Below the pieces are notes generated by a model that made no database searches, was not told the DNA's origin, and worked only from the letters and a program-made list of their open reading frames with translations. A stretch of 58,991 nt of DNA, filler included, from Circinaria calcarea (taxonomy: Eukaryota), in NCBI GenBank assembly GCA_051942165.1. It is 10 parts of 10 records of this genome, joined end to end, with 100 filler letters (N's around TTAATTAATTAA, not from the genome) between each part and the next. Parts side by side here need not be neighbours in the genome. Positions count along the whole stretch, not along the records: positions 35,483 to 41,286 come from JAVECS010001777.1; positions 41,387 to 47,188 come from JAVECS010001778.1; positions 47,289 to 53,090 come from JAVECS010001779.1; 7 more parts are not named here. One strand, given 5' to 3'. Shown here one piece after another: positions 36,019 through 47,988 of this stretch. Every line of letters starts with the position of its first letter. The first letter of the stretch is position 1. The translations under genes were made by a program, and so were the position numbers.

Positions 36019-37481
36019 GAACTTTCGCCCGCCTTCACATGTCACAACAGGTTCATCTTCACATTCATTTCGAATCGTCTTTTAATAGGGCTCTCTTGTT
36101 TTCATCTCACTTCAGTCTTTGAATCAGGGATTTGACGGGAGTGTAAGCGGCCAGCTGGAGGCTGAAAGTCGAGTGAGGGGCTTTGTTATGCGAAGGAGCA
36201 GGTTGGCTGGCTAACCAAGGCCTTTGGGCCTCACAGCCTGCCTTCGGGCATAGATAGAATTGATCAATTCTATTCACATCATTAGATGCGTGCACCTCCC
36301 ATGACAGCCTGACTGCTGTATATAATAAACATTCTCAAAATCCAGCGAAATTCTTAATATACCGAGCCATCATGTTTACTTTTGTCTCCAAACTCTAATC
36401 AAAAACCGCTGTGCGGCTGTGCTCTCGCAGCACGAATGGCTAATGCCGCTAGACTTTTAGAATTGCAACAAGGCAGTCCTACCCTCACCCCCCGAATATT
36501 CTCCCAGACATTTTACACACGCATCCCACCTACATTACACACACTACACATATGCAGTGTCTGATAGTATTTCCAGAGCATTTATCCATACATATATTCC
36601 GATAATCCCGTGCAGACCATTGACGATGTAGAGTCCTCCCTGTCATGCACCTCCTTTCTGATACCAGAGCTAGAACTTGTGAGCGGAGATTATATCGAGC
36701 AGCAGTTCGTTGTGCCCGTTGGCTCACCACATTGTTTCCGCAGCCTTGTCGTTAGCTACACATTGGCACAGTGGCTTCGCACCAAAGTAAGTTGTAGTGT
36801 AAACTACTACGGAGTATGCACAGGGGGCGGCATAAGTCATGGGGGTTCCGAGGTATTGCCGAATAATAGTCTATATAGATTGAAACAATCACTATAGTAA
36901 TAATTCAATACCCTTTCAATCTCTCGGAATCAGCAGTATGTATTTGGGAGAAATATACAGAGGGGTGGTTGGAGGTTCATGGCTGATTGTTCAATCTGAA
37001 TATCATACGTCGGTAACACCTCGGAACCCCCATGACTTATGCCGCCCCCTGTGATGTACAGTACAAATGCAGAGAGATACGTGAGAGTAATATGCTAAGT
37101 ACCGCTGAGGCTGAGCTCCAAACCATTACCGCCGGTCACCCAGCTGGCTCGTCAAAGCGGCAAGGGCTTTGTTCAGTCATCTTCTACCACCAAGGTGCTG
37201 CCATAGAAGCGATGGACGTTTAGAACGCAGAAAGGCATGAGAAGGGGGAGAATAGGAGAAAGCGAAAGAGGGGAGTGGCAAGATTGAAAAGCTGTACCTT
37301 TCACATGTATGGATTGAGTAATTATGTCATGACGTTTCGAACAACTATCTGGACAAACCAAATTGACCGACTGCATCTAAATCCCTGGCCTGAATCGATT
37401 CAAGACGGTTGTTCCAATATCTGAACGAACATCAAGTGGCAACTTCACATTGCAGAAGAGGTCTACCTTTGTGTTGGCTCG

Positions 37482-38306
37482 ATGATCCTAATGCCGCAGA
37501 ACCACCCCCCTCCGCCAGACCGTCGGATAATCTTCTCGGGGAAGAAGTGCTCGGAATCGCGCTCACGCCTCCCGGCTACCACCACCAACGCCATTCCCAA
37601 CGCCAGTCTCGCCCGCTACAACGTCGCCCCATCTGCATGCACGCCTCAAGGCTCTCCCGAATACTCCCAAAAGTACGCCGAATACAGCGTCCTCCAACAA
37701 CATGTCCTATTCTGGGACCGCGACAACGATGGCATCATCCGGCCCTGGGACACCTATGTCGGCTTCCGCGAGCTCGGCTTTAGCATCGTATTCTCGCTCA
37801 TCGCCGTGATCCTGATGAACGGCAGCTTTTCCTATCCGTCGCGTCTCGCGCATTCTTATCTTCCCGATCCGATGTTCAGGATATACGTGTCCAGTATCCA
37901 CAAAGTCAAACATGGTTCCGACACGGGCATCTATGACTCCGAAGGCCGCTTTCGGCCCCAGATGTTCGAGGATTTATTCGCGAAATACGATAGAGATTCT
38001 ACCGGTGGATTGTCACCGGCGGAACTCTTTGACCTGATACATGGGGATCGGGTCGCGGCGGATCCGTATGGATGGTGCGCGGCGTTTATGGAGTGGTTCA
38101 CCACCTGGTTGTTGATACAGAAGGATGGGAGGGTGTGGAAAGAGGACATACGGCAATGCTACGACGGAAGTTTGTTCTGGAGGATTAGGGAGGAGAGGAT
38201 TAGCGGAAGGGGATGGGATCAGGGATACGGGTTCAGTAACGCTATGAAGGATCTATTCGGTTACCGGATTGGAAATAGTACCAAGAACGGCAGAAGAATG
38301 GCATGA
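37482..38306 (+). CDS. Caleosin / peroxygenase family protein
   Basis: SVLQQHVLFWDRDNDGIIRPWDTYVGFRELGF (heme His + EF hand), hydrophobic stretch with proline knot (SYPSRLAHSYLPDPMF), IHKVKHGSDTGIYDSEGRF, YDGSLF. True start may lie upstream. Confidence 0.9.
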   Translation: MILMPQNHPPPPDRRIIFSGKKCSESRSRLPATTTNAIPNASLARYNVAPSACTPQGSPEYSQKYAEYSVLQQHVLFWDRDNDGIIRPWDTYVGFRELGFSIVFSLIAVILMNGSFSYPSRLAHSYLPDPMFRIYVSSIHKVKHGSDTGIYDSEGRFRPQMFEDLFAKYDRDSTGGLSPAELFDLIHGDRVAADPYGWCAAFMEWFTTWLLIQKDGRVWKEDIRQCYDGSLFWRIREERISGRGWDQGYGFSNAMKDLFGYRIGNSTKNGRRMA

Positions 38307-39293
38307 TGATTATGATACTAAGGACGGTGTCTAAAACAACAAAGCATGGCGTTCAGGCCTCCAATTATGCAAAGGGGCGACTGAATGAATGTATGATATG
38401 CCCGGAGGAAATTTCCCAAAAGCCAATGACGCTAAAAAGGGTGTACCGATGCCTTAAAATTGATAAGCATCTTCGAGGCAACAACCAACTAAGCTAAGGC
38501 TATTAGCCATTATGTAATACAGCCCAAATGGCCATCACAGCACGCTGACACAGGTTGACAGGGAACCATAATCAGGTGAGAAGAAGCTCTACGCGAAATC
38601 CCTTGAGTATGTTGGTATGGGAATTTCGATCCCCTCATATGTTGTGTGTGTAACCTTCGTGTTTGACCTCTCGCCTGTTGACGATCAACTATCATATTGC
38701 AGGAATACCCTATACCAAAACTTTGCATATACAAATTGGGCATACTCCAGTAATGGAGTGTATCTCTACACGTGAGACTTGAGCTAACCTTGAGCGTGTA
38801 GGTTGTCAGATATGGAGACAATCTTACGCGTAAGCTGAAGGATTTAGGTCGTGTATTCAGTTGGCAGCGGCCTGAAGTTAAAATACATGCAATCAAACTA
38901 CAAAACCCTTGCGAAGGACTTCATTGGATGACCCAGAAAGGGGCAAATTGATCCGTCGGATACCGGACAAGTATTGAGGCGCTTGAAGGATACCGCTTGC
39001 AGTGCTCTAGTAAGCTGGAGTGAAGAGGCTGAGTAAGATACGTAAAGTGACCTACATGGTTTTGTTCTCGTGCAAACCTGTCGATCCTCGAGCCTGCCGC
39101 CGTGTGGACAAACTCAATTGCGGTGTGGGCTCAGCTTTTAGCTCTTACTCGGATTGTCTCACTGGCACAATCCGGGTGTAGATGCTCAAACTTTTCTCTC
39201 TTATATTGAGTGTCTCTTAATGCATCCTCTTCTTCCGTGTTGTGTGTTTCATGGCAACCTCCGATCAGTTTCTATAGCCTGTATCCTATAATC

Positions 39294-41286
39294 ATGTTTC
39301 TCCAACGCTGTTTGACGGCTTTGGTTCAGGTTCTTGATCTCGTCACACTCTCGCCATGGGGTAGCAGAGAACCAACGCAGCAGCCGCTGTTTGGATTCTC
39401 TTTACCTGGCCACCGTGAATCTGGGTCTCCGATTTTCTACCCTCCAAATGGTCCGTCACAAATCAAATGTGATTACAGAGGGATGGGAGATGAATGGAGA
39501 GCATGCAGTACACCACAAGACCGTGGTTGCTGGCTTAAAAAGGACGGGGAAGATGAGTTTAATATCACTACAGACTACGAGACACGATGGCCGAAAGGAG
39601 TGACTCGGAAGGTATCTCTGTTGTTCTATTCTCATCAATCTCTTAGTCGTTATAACGCGATCCATATGGCTAAAACCCCTTTACTTAGTATCACCTAGAT
39701 GTTACCAAGATGGAACTGGCTCCGGATGGCTTCAAGAACCTTGACGGGAAGGTGTTCAACAGGACCTATCCTGGTCCTTGGATCCGTTAGTGTTATATCC
39801 AAGTGGCTTACTTGAAGCTGTACTGACGGAACGTTATCAGAGGCATGCTGGGGAGATGATCTAGGTATACCATCTTTAACTACTACATCTACGTTGGCCA
39901 ATTAGCTGATCTCATCATAGAAATCACAGTCACAAATTATCTCAAGAATAACGGGACTACAATCCACTGGCATGGTATCCGTCAGCTTGGCACAGTGGAA
40001 ATGGATGGTGTTAACGGTATACTGTCGCATCCCCCAAAAGGTTGCAGTCGACGCGCTGATGGCATTTCGAAAAGGTGTCACTCAATGCCCAATTGCTGTA
40101 AGGCAAGTTCTGCGCCAGTCTAGATTCCTCTCAACTAACTCGAGAGACCAACGACTCATTCACATATAAGTTTAAGGCTACACAATATGGAACCTCATGG
40201 TAAGCTTACATCGGTCAGAGTAGAAGGCGGCCCTTTTGCTAATTGATCCAGGTATCATAGGTAGGCAGCCCTTGACAGCAGATGGTCGCCTTGAAGCGAG
40301 GTGGGAGCTTCATGGCTTGCCCCGGCCTTTCTTTAATTGCTCAGACACGTTACGATACCTGGTGTGATTCACATTACTGATAGATCTATAGTCATTATTC
40401 CCTGCAGGTATGGCTCTATCTTTGCTTTCACGTGGATTTGAAAGACCACTTATTTTAGTTCAACAATGACAGTACGGAGATGGAATGCTGTAAGTAGTTA
40501 TCTTCAACCTACTCCAAGTGCCATTCATAACCAGATATTAGAGGCCCTTTGACAGTCTATGGCCCTTCATCGGCAAACTACGATGAAGCTATTGACCCCA
40601 TCCTAATGACCGATTGGAATCATCGAAGTGCCTTTACAGACTTTTACCAAGAACTCGTCCCTGGGGCAGGCCCGCCCAATATGACGAGCATCCTCCTCAA
40701 TGGCAGAGGTATAATGATGCTGGTATCTCTTCCTCGAAGCTCCTTTCAATTGACATGGTCAGGAAATTATACATGCACCGAGCAAGAGAATCGTGACAAA
40801 AACTGCACGAACCCACCCGAGAAGTACACTATGAGCTTTCAAAGAGTATGGTATTAATCCTCCACGTACGAATCAACTTACTGACTCTATGTCTAGGGGA
40901 AGAAGTATCTCATGCGATTGATTAATACATCGGTCGATACAACTTTCGTTTTTGCTATTGACAATCATAACGTGACGGTCGTTGGAAGTGACTTTGTCCC
41001 GATCCACCCATATACTACTAGCTCCGTCCTCGTTGGCATTGGTAAGCCGATCGACCACTATCACCATGTCCAAGACTGATAATCACAGGGCAACGATACC
41101 ACGTCATAGTCGAAGCCAAGCCCATCAATGACACCAGGCCGGTAGAGGACCAGAATTTCTGGATTCGTACATTCGTTGCGCGAGGCTGTGGAAGATTCAC
41201 AACTCCACAGGACGAGAAAGTCGGCATACTACGCTACAGCCCCGGAAGTACTGCGCTTCCTACTACCACGAACCAAACTTTCCCCT
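39294..41286 (+). CDS. Laccase-like multicopper oxidase (AA1), highly intron-rich, 3'-truncated
   Basis: Copper motif L1 [23 protein letters not shown] and L2 GTSWYHSHYSLQYGDGMLGP reconstructed across short exons. Also [38 protein letters not shown]. Confidence 0.92.
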
Positions 41287-41386
41287 NNNNNNNNNNNNNN
41301 NNNNNNNNNNNNNNNNNNNNNNNNNNNNNNTTAATTAATTAANNNNNNNNNNNNNNNNNNNNNNNNNNNNNNNNNNNNNNNNNNNN
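41287..41386. other. Artificial contig linker
   Basis: 44N-TTAATTAATTAA-44N. Confidence 0.99.
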
Positions 41387-42991
41387 GCCCTCTCCTAAGG
41401 GCTTTGCGGCGGAAAATAACACCGGATGGTTGTGCTTGAATGAACTTTTTACCAGCTTTAGTTGGAAGCCTTCAGCTTTCGCTTTACGTCCACAAAAACC
41501 AGCTCGTTAGGATCTTCTGCGATGTTATAAAAGGTACATCCATGGTCGGTAATTCGAAAATAGCGTGGGCAATAATCCTCGCACAATAAAGGCGGATATC
41601 TTAAATATAGACAGGATTTATTTGAATTGATCCTTCAAGGCATTGATTATAGTATATACACCGTCATCATTCCTGTTTTTTGCCTGCAGACTTTCACCTT
41701 CTGCAAGGCACCATTCTTGAACATTATGCCAGAGGGAGTTGGGACTTTGGGCAATCCATTGATAATTTTTGCCGTTTCCCCCTCGGCACCTGATTTCGCT
41801 TCGAGTGTGGATATAGCAACTGTAGCTTCTCATCGTACTTGGTAAAACGAGTTATAATATCCAAGAGCACGCTCGACCTCTCTTGTCACTAAGGCATTGT
41901 AGAGAACCCACAATCAGCTTGGTGATTTGCTTCTAATCCAAGAGCGTTGCTGCGGGAACACGACATGATGAAAGAAGCACGTGCTGCTCAAAGGAACTGA
42001 AATCCCATTTCAAGGCGTCGTATGGTATTTGCACAGCTATTGTGCATTTCCCCCTTTCCGGGATTTCAATATGATTGTGATAATCCCTATGCAGTCGAGC
42101 ACCTCGATGGTGGTGATAGTAATTTTTAAAAGGATACCTTATAGACTTGTTTACTGGCTCTTGACTTGTACTTACATGGTGGTGGTGATGGTTTTCCCCG
42201 CAGATATCCAGATCAAGTGGAGTGACGGCATGCGGGGAAACCTCTTCGGGTCTCGACCATCCTTTAATATGATGGAATCTCAAAAACGTCTGCCACAATC
42301 AGGCGAGATTGGTGGAAAGACGTTCTGTGATTGCGACATCATCTTTTGACGAATTGTGTCATGACTTCCGGAAGGGGATTCATCGAGATGTTTTGTATAT
42401 GGTTTCTTATTGGGGGACGCCTCAGCTTCGAATGAGTCCATACAAGTTTTGCAGCCACTTTAAGCTGTAGTTGTCCTTTTTTGGTCGGGAGCCGTACCTC
42501 TTCAAGTGTGGTGGTTAAGTAGTCTATCTATGGAATCTTCGGACTTCTAGTCGGACTCTTAGTAGAGAAACTTCAGCATTTCAGGAGTAGGGTGACCCTC
42601 GGATTGCTATATCCACTACTCAGCTCGGCGTCCTAGTCAATCCTAGGCCTCTGATAATGCTTCGGGATATTGATTAGTGTTACTCCTATGTAGTGGTTCC
42701 TTGTATTAGGAACGTTTGATAAACTAAATGATAGATCATATATACAAACAAGCTATAGTGAGAACGGTGATTAATCTCACTTGTTATTTGGGAATACCTG
42801 TACTCCAGTAGTATCGTCATCACAACATGCATCGGGCAGGGATAGCGTATGAAATTATGAAGCTATAGCGTTACCGCATCAAATCTCGAACATTCCGAGT
42901 AGCTATTAGCACAAGTAGCTCGTAACTAATAATCACTTACGTTGGTACTCGAAAGTCTATCTCCAAAGTACTAAACGTAGCGTACATCGAC

Positions 42992-45095
42992 TCATTCCTC
43001 TTCTGGATCCCTAGGGCCTCTCCACTCTATCTCTGCCTGGTACTTATCATCGTCTTGTAGATAAATGGTCAATGGCTTGGTAAGCGGAAGAAAGTTAACA
43101 CCCTTGTCTTTCCAAAACTTTAACCGTTTCGCTGTCGTCGGCCTCGACTTGTTGACGCTGAACACCTTGACACGGTGACAACTAAAAGTCACATGGAGGT
43201 CCTAGTTCCTGCAAGGGCATATTACTATGTATATTTGATTCACCATCAAAGGAAGGGGCCTATACCAAGTCGAGCGGACGAAGGTCAGTTTGTTGAATGG
43301 AGAGCCAAGCATACTGTATGCCGAACTTCTGTATGCAGAAGTTCTGTACTACCCGTATTAGTAGTAGCGCGGGTTGCAGAGTTTTCTCTAAACTTCGCAT
43401 TTTGCGAACTATATACGTTATAATATATATCGACTATTGCGTACACTTCCAATACCGTCTTAATGCATTGCTTGAGTTACTCCCTGCTAAACCTTTAACA
43501 TAGTTAGGTATTTAGGCAATTGTCTCAGCATGTTCAATAAATTCAGTCATATTGTTATTTCAATTGGAATTTGTACGCACCTCACAACCAGTTCCAGCCA
43601 GCCTTCAGCGTCTACGGGTAAATCGATTTGCCATAGCCTCCGGGCGTGGTAGTATTTCTTGGACAATTCTTCATACGGTGTCTCATACCAGATATTGCCA
43701 CCATCGCCGCTCACTTCAACCCTCTGGGGGTAGTGTCCCCCTTATTACGGTATCAGCTGAAGAACGCTGTAGCTGGCGACAGTGAAACATACCTCCGGAA
43801 TACGCCCAGCCTCGCATTTTGATTTTACCATCATGGACGATAACATCCTTCTTTACTTTAGACATGATCGCAGATGATACGGGCATCTCTTGGATACTGA
43901 AATCGTTGCAATAGGTCGCGTTGTGCTTACCAATTTGAGATGTGTAATAGAGGTACTCCTTCTTTGAACTGGAGCAGTAGATGGTTCGGCAAGAGCGTTG
44001 ATCCTCGCATGCCACTTGATCGATCTCACGCCAATATAGCCAAAGACAACTGCCCGGAGTGGATAGCCATGAGTCTTTGGCAAAGGTTTACCATTCATTT
44101 CCCATGCCAGTAGTACTTCGTGAATCTTGACCTTTCGCCACGGTACGGAAACGACATAGCTGTACACTTGACCGTCTTTAAAGTACGTATCAACCCCCAT
44201 GAGTTCGATGTGTTTAGCCCCATCCTTGACTCCCCCGCAGTAGTTGATGACTCTCTTCAAGCTTACACCTGTCCAACGTGCTGTGCCTATGGCTCCTTCC
44301 CCCACTGTAAACTGACATTAGTATAGCATCTACCATGCTGGAGATCTGTACCTTACAGGAGTATTGATCAACTCGTTCCCATGACCAGGATACTGTCGGA
44401 TCTGTTTAATCCTTCGAGTGCCTGAGCATTGTAGTGAGACAATGTTCGATTGGCGAGGAAAGAAGTCTTCGTTCTGAAGATCCTTCATCGTCAAACGTTG
44501 CGGCTTGTTCACCATGCCATCAACATCCAAGTGCCAATCATCTACATTGATTCTGGGAATGCCCCCGTGGTTTCGCACGAAGTGATCTTCATTGCGGGTA
44601 ATCCCGGTTTCTACAAGGCGATCCTGAGCTCTCAGACATGATCCAGATGGTGGACAGTAGAACGACGTACTCTAGGTGGCTCTCCGTTGTAGGGAAAGTC
44701 GAGCAGGTGAATCATATCAGGTGCTTTTTCTTCCAGAACAGTCTCCCAACTCTCTTTGGGCTGATCCATCAAAGTCGGTCCCAGGGCCGCAAAGTATTAC
44801 TTCCATCGTATGTCTCCGAGCTTCAGATTCGTATTCGGGATCGGCATAAGTTGAAATTCTGGTTGCTTTTCGCGATCCAGATATTAGCAGGTGGTAGTCG
44901 CAGCCGCCAGAGGATGATGTCGCTTACCGGCGCAAACTTGTAATGCGAGAGTATCTCTTTGGCTTTCTTCTGCTTCTCTGGGTGTTTCTCCCATTCTATA
45001 TAACCATGCCATCCCGCTTCCTCCTCGGGGAAGTAGGCGTAGCGGTGGTCCAGTTCACGCAGAGGTGTTGAGTAAGCAGTAATGTGTGGTTTCAT
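42992..45095 (-). pseudogene. Sulfite oxidase-family molybdopterin oxidoreductase pseudogene
   Basis: Motifs FPYNGEPP, HFVRNHGGIP, LQCSGTRR (Moco Cys), WGEGAIGTARW, LAWEMNGKPLP.THGYPLR, GWAYSGG, RVEVSGDGG. Lesions: in-frame stops at 44797-44799, 43525-43527, 43504-43506 and 43202-43204; 1-nt deletions near 44300 and 43965; solo LTR at 43291-43500. Confidence 0.88.
43291..43500. mobile_element. Solo LTR (copia-like TGTTG...AACA ends), 210 bp
   Basis: Begins TGTTGA and ends TTAACA. 5-bp TSD CAGTT (43286-43290) / TAGTT (43501-43505), differing by one transition. Removing the LTR and one TSD restores host frame N-T-(Q)-L-T-F-V-R-S-T-W. Confidence 0.88.
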
Positions 45096-45286
45096 TACTA
45101 CCTGAGTATGTAACTATCTAAGCTATATATGCAGCGAAAAGTGCTTTTATGAGGTGTGTAGAGAGTGTTGAGCATGGACCTCCTATATAACACATGCATC
45201 GATAAGCCCTATGACTTCCAACAAGAGGTATATTGAACATTGGCTGCTCTTTGGGCATGGCGACGGTTGATGGGGACAATAGACGA

Positions 45287-46390
45287 TCAATTGAGCTCTA
45301 CTGCAAAATGGCCGATGGGGGGAAGTACGGCGATGTGGTATTGGGGCGGGGAAGAGGGGAGAGAGGAAATGGCTTTAGCCATCATAATGGAGGTCGCTGA
45401 AAGATACCTTGCTCGAACAAACCCCAGCGCAGTGGTTGATACCGGGCCTGTACTGATAATGACATCTTTACCTGGTATTCCACCCTTTGAACCAATTGAA
45501 GCTTGAACAGCCATTGTGCTTTTACGAGGAATAGAGTCACAGAGATGCTGTTCATAAAATACCTTTAGCTGTAGAGTTTGCTCGATCATTAATGGCGAAA
45601 TATAACCTTAATACACGTCATGCTGGTTATCAGAGTCTTAGCAAAATAGCTTTGGACAAACCCTGTTGATTAGGAGTATGGCATTGCACCACAATCTAGA
45701 ATCGTCTTTTCAGGATTTTAAGTTATCTACATAGGAATATCCGTTACTATGCTGAACACACTATACGGGTAAGATACTAAGCTGCAGAAGTGAAATTACG
45801 CGGTATAACCCACTGGGCTAGTAATTGGGGGGAGGCTCCTTCATATTCATCTCAACTCCAGACTGTTGCCGACAAGCTTTAAACTCCGTATTTTTCCATA
45901 GCAATCGCGGCCTAACCTTCAGTATTCTCTAGTTCTACCAGATTTTTCTCTCCTTCTCTACCTCTACTCAACCTCGGAAAGTAACTACCCTTATCTTTCT
46001 GATGTGGTCGTTCTCGCTGGACCAGACCCTTGGAGTTCCTTGAATGTTCTGCTGATCTTCTAGGGATGTAAATTCTCTCTTCAATAGAGCCTTGCTCGAC
46101 CTGCTCACTGAGAAGCCTCCGCCGATATAGCTAAGATGCCCTTGAGGCCTAGGATACGAAATCGGTTCTTTAGCTCAGGCGTATACATAGCAGACTCCAC
46201 GTCTTATCCCAAAGGCTTTCGCGTGCTTTGAGGGACGCAGTTGGCACAGAGGCCTTTTTAGATTAAGTAGAGGTCGAGCTGAGTATAGGTATTTCCCTAT
46301 TGCCTCTGGTATTGGGGCTGGTGGATGCAGGCCTTGCAAAATGGGAACGGAGATTCTGGCTGAGTTAATACATAGAATGTTGGAGATATG
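45287..46390 (-). pseudogene. Possible decayed gene relic (unidentified)
   Basis: Minus-strand ORF fragment 45287-45589 plus upstream stop-punctuated protein-like sequence. No motif recognised; boundaries approximate. Confidence 0.2.
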
Positions 46391-47188
46391 TTCATCACTA
46401 CTACCATTGCCAAACCTGTTTTGAAATTGAAGGACAGTATCATCTACTGTTGAACTTTACGAGGTCTGTAGATACTCGATAAGTTGCGTTGGAATTGGGC
46501 GCTGTGTTACGTTTTCTGTTACGTATTCACAATGCAGTAAGTGAGGCAATTCGTGTGTAGTATTTCAGTATGGGCGAAATCTACGTGAAGTATGAAGAGT
46601 CTATGGAGTGAAAGTGTGAAAACAACGCTTTTTATGTGTGTTCCACCACGCTAGTTACTCGCGTAATAGCTCACGTAAACACGTGTTCCTGCGTGTATGT
46701 GCCTAGTTCGACATCTACAAACAAGTAGAAGCTTCAAACAGAGAACGCCGAATCTTTGCGATAGCGTACATATTTATATCCAAAAGCAACCGCCTCATTT
46801 GTCCTGACAGCTAACCTTTGTAGATGAAGCTGATATCATATATGATCCACGATTCAGTCAGTACGTATAGTTTAAATACAGTCAGTGCTGACAACAGAAT
46901 TTTTCTTGCCCTAAACAAAATGATGGATCAGGGCGGTGGGTTTATATCTAAACCCTCCACTGTAAGCTTGAAGGCATCGTTTCTCGAGTAGCTACCAGCC
47001 ACGTCGAGATCCAGCCTACCTCTTTCACAATCTTCAAAGTCTACCACAACAGAGAGAAAACCCCCATCCTCAACTTCCCACAGGGGTCCAGCCAAAATAT
47101 TCCCCATGGGACCAATAATACATGAGCCGCCACGACTGACAAACTCGTCATCTTCATCGCTTGTTGATGCCTGGTCCGACTTCGCGGA

Positions 47189-47288
47189 NNNNNNNNNNNN
47201 NNNNNNNNNNNNNNNNNNNNNNNNNNNNNNNNTTAATTAATTAANNNNNNNNNNNNNNNNNNNNNNNNNNNNNNNNNNNNNNNNNNNN
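47189..47288. other. Artificial contig linker
   Basis: 44N-TTAATTAATTAA-44N. Confidence 0.99.
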
Positions 47289-47364
47289 CCCCCGTCCCCC
47301 GTCCACCGTCCACCGTCCACCGTCCACCGTCCACCGTCCACCGTCCACCGTCCACCGTCCACCG
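47289..47364. repeat. Heptanucleotide tandem repeat (GTCCACC)n, about 9-10 units
   Basis: Read directly at the contig start; likely cause of the assembly break. Confidence 0.95.
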
Positions 47365-47988
47365 CGACAGCTGAGCCTGAGCGTAGCGGAGTGAAGCGAA
47401 GCGAAGCTATGAATGGAAAGCAGTTAATTACAGAAGAAGGGAAAGGATAGGAGAAGGGATAGGAAGTTACCGGCGGAGGGAGAGGGTAGAGCAAAGGATC
47501 CTAAGGGTAAGGATCCCAAGGGAAAAGAAAAAGGAAAGGAAAAGTGAAAAAATATACGTACCCAGTAACTTTTCCCCAGATTGTAGTATGCGGTAGACGA
47601 ACGAAGAACATTTCACCGTGGATGCAAGCAAGCAAGGTATTTGTTTATTTGTTTATTTGTTTGAGAAAGGGGGATATAGGGGACCCCTTGCTCTTTCTGG
47701 TCCCTGGAGAGAGAAAAAAGGTGTAATAGTAGTGGAGCCGTAGCGTGGCGTAGTTGGCTGTGATTTCGATTTCGATTTCGATTTTCCAAAAGGGATAACT
47801 GAACCTCCGCAAGAGAGGAGGAGGCGGCTTTTGAGATATGCGCAAATCGGAAATTGAGATTTATTCATCACCGAGGTATGAATATAAAAAATGGGGAAAG
47901 GGGACAACCATGTTATATACAAAAATCTTTCGAGTTCGCAGCAGCGGGAGATTTCGTCATCATCTACCCTTTCTCTCCCCCTTTATCC

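Noticed and set aside
41387..42500. Short ORFs on both strands at the start of contig 8
   Set aside because: Possibly another decayed gene, but no consistent frame or motif could be supported.
43228..43500. Alternative 273-bp TGT...ACA insertion with TA target duplication (Tc1/mariner-like)
   Set aside because: Removing it does not restore the host protein; the 43291-43500 boundaries give a 5-bp TSD and restore TFVRSTW plus a normal intron.
47289..47364. Tandem repeat as CRISPR array or telomere
   Set aside because: No spacers, eukaryotic context, and the unit GTCCACC is not TTAGGG-like; simple minisatellite.
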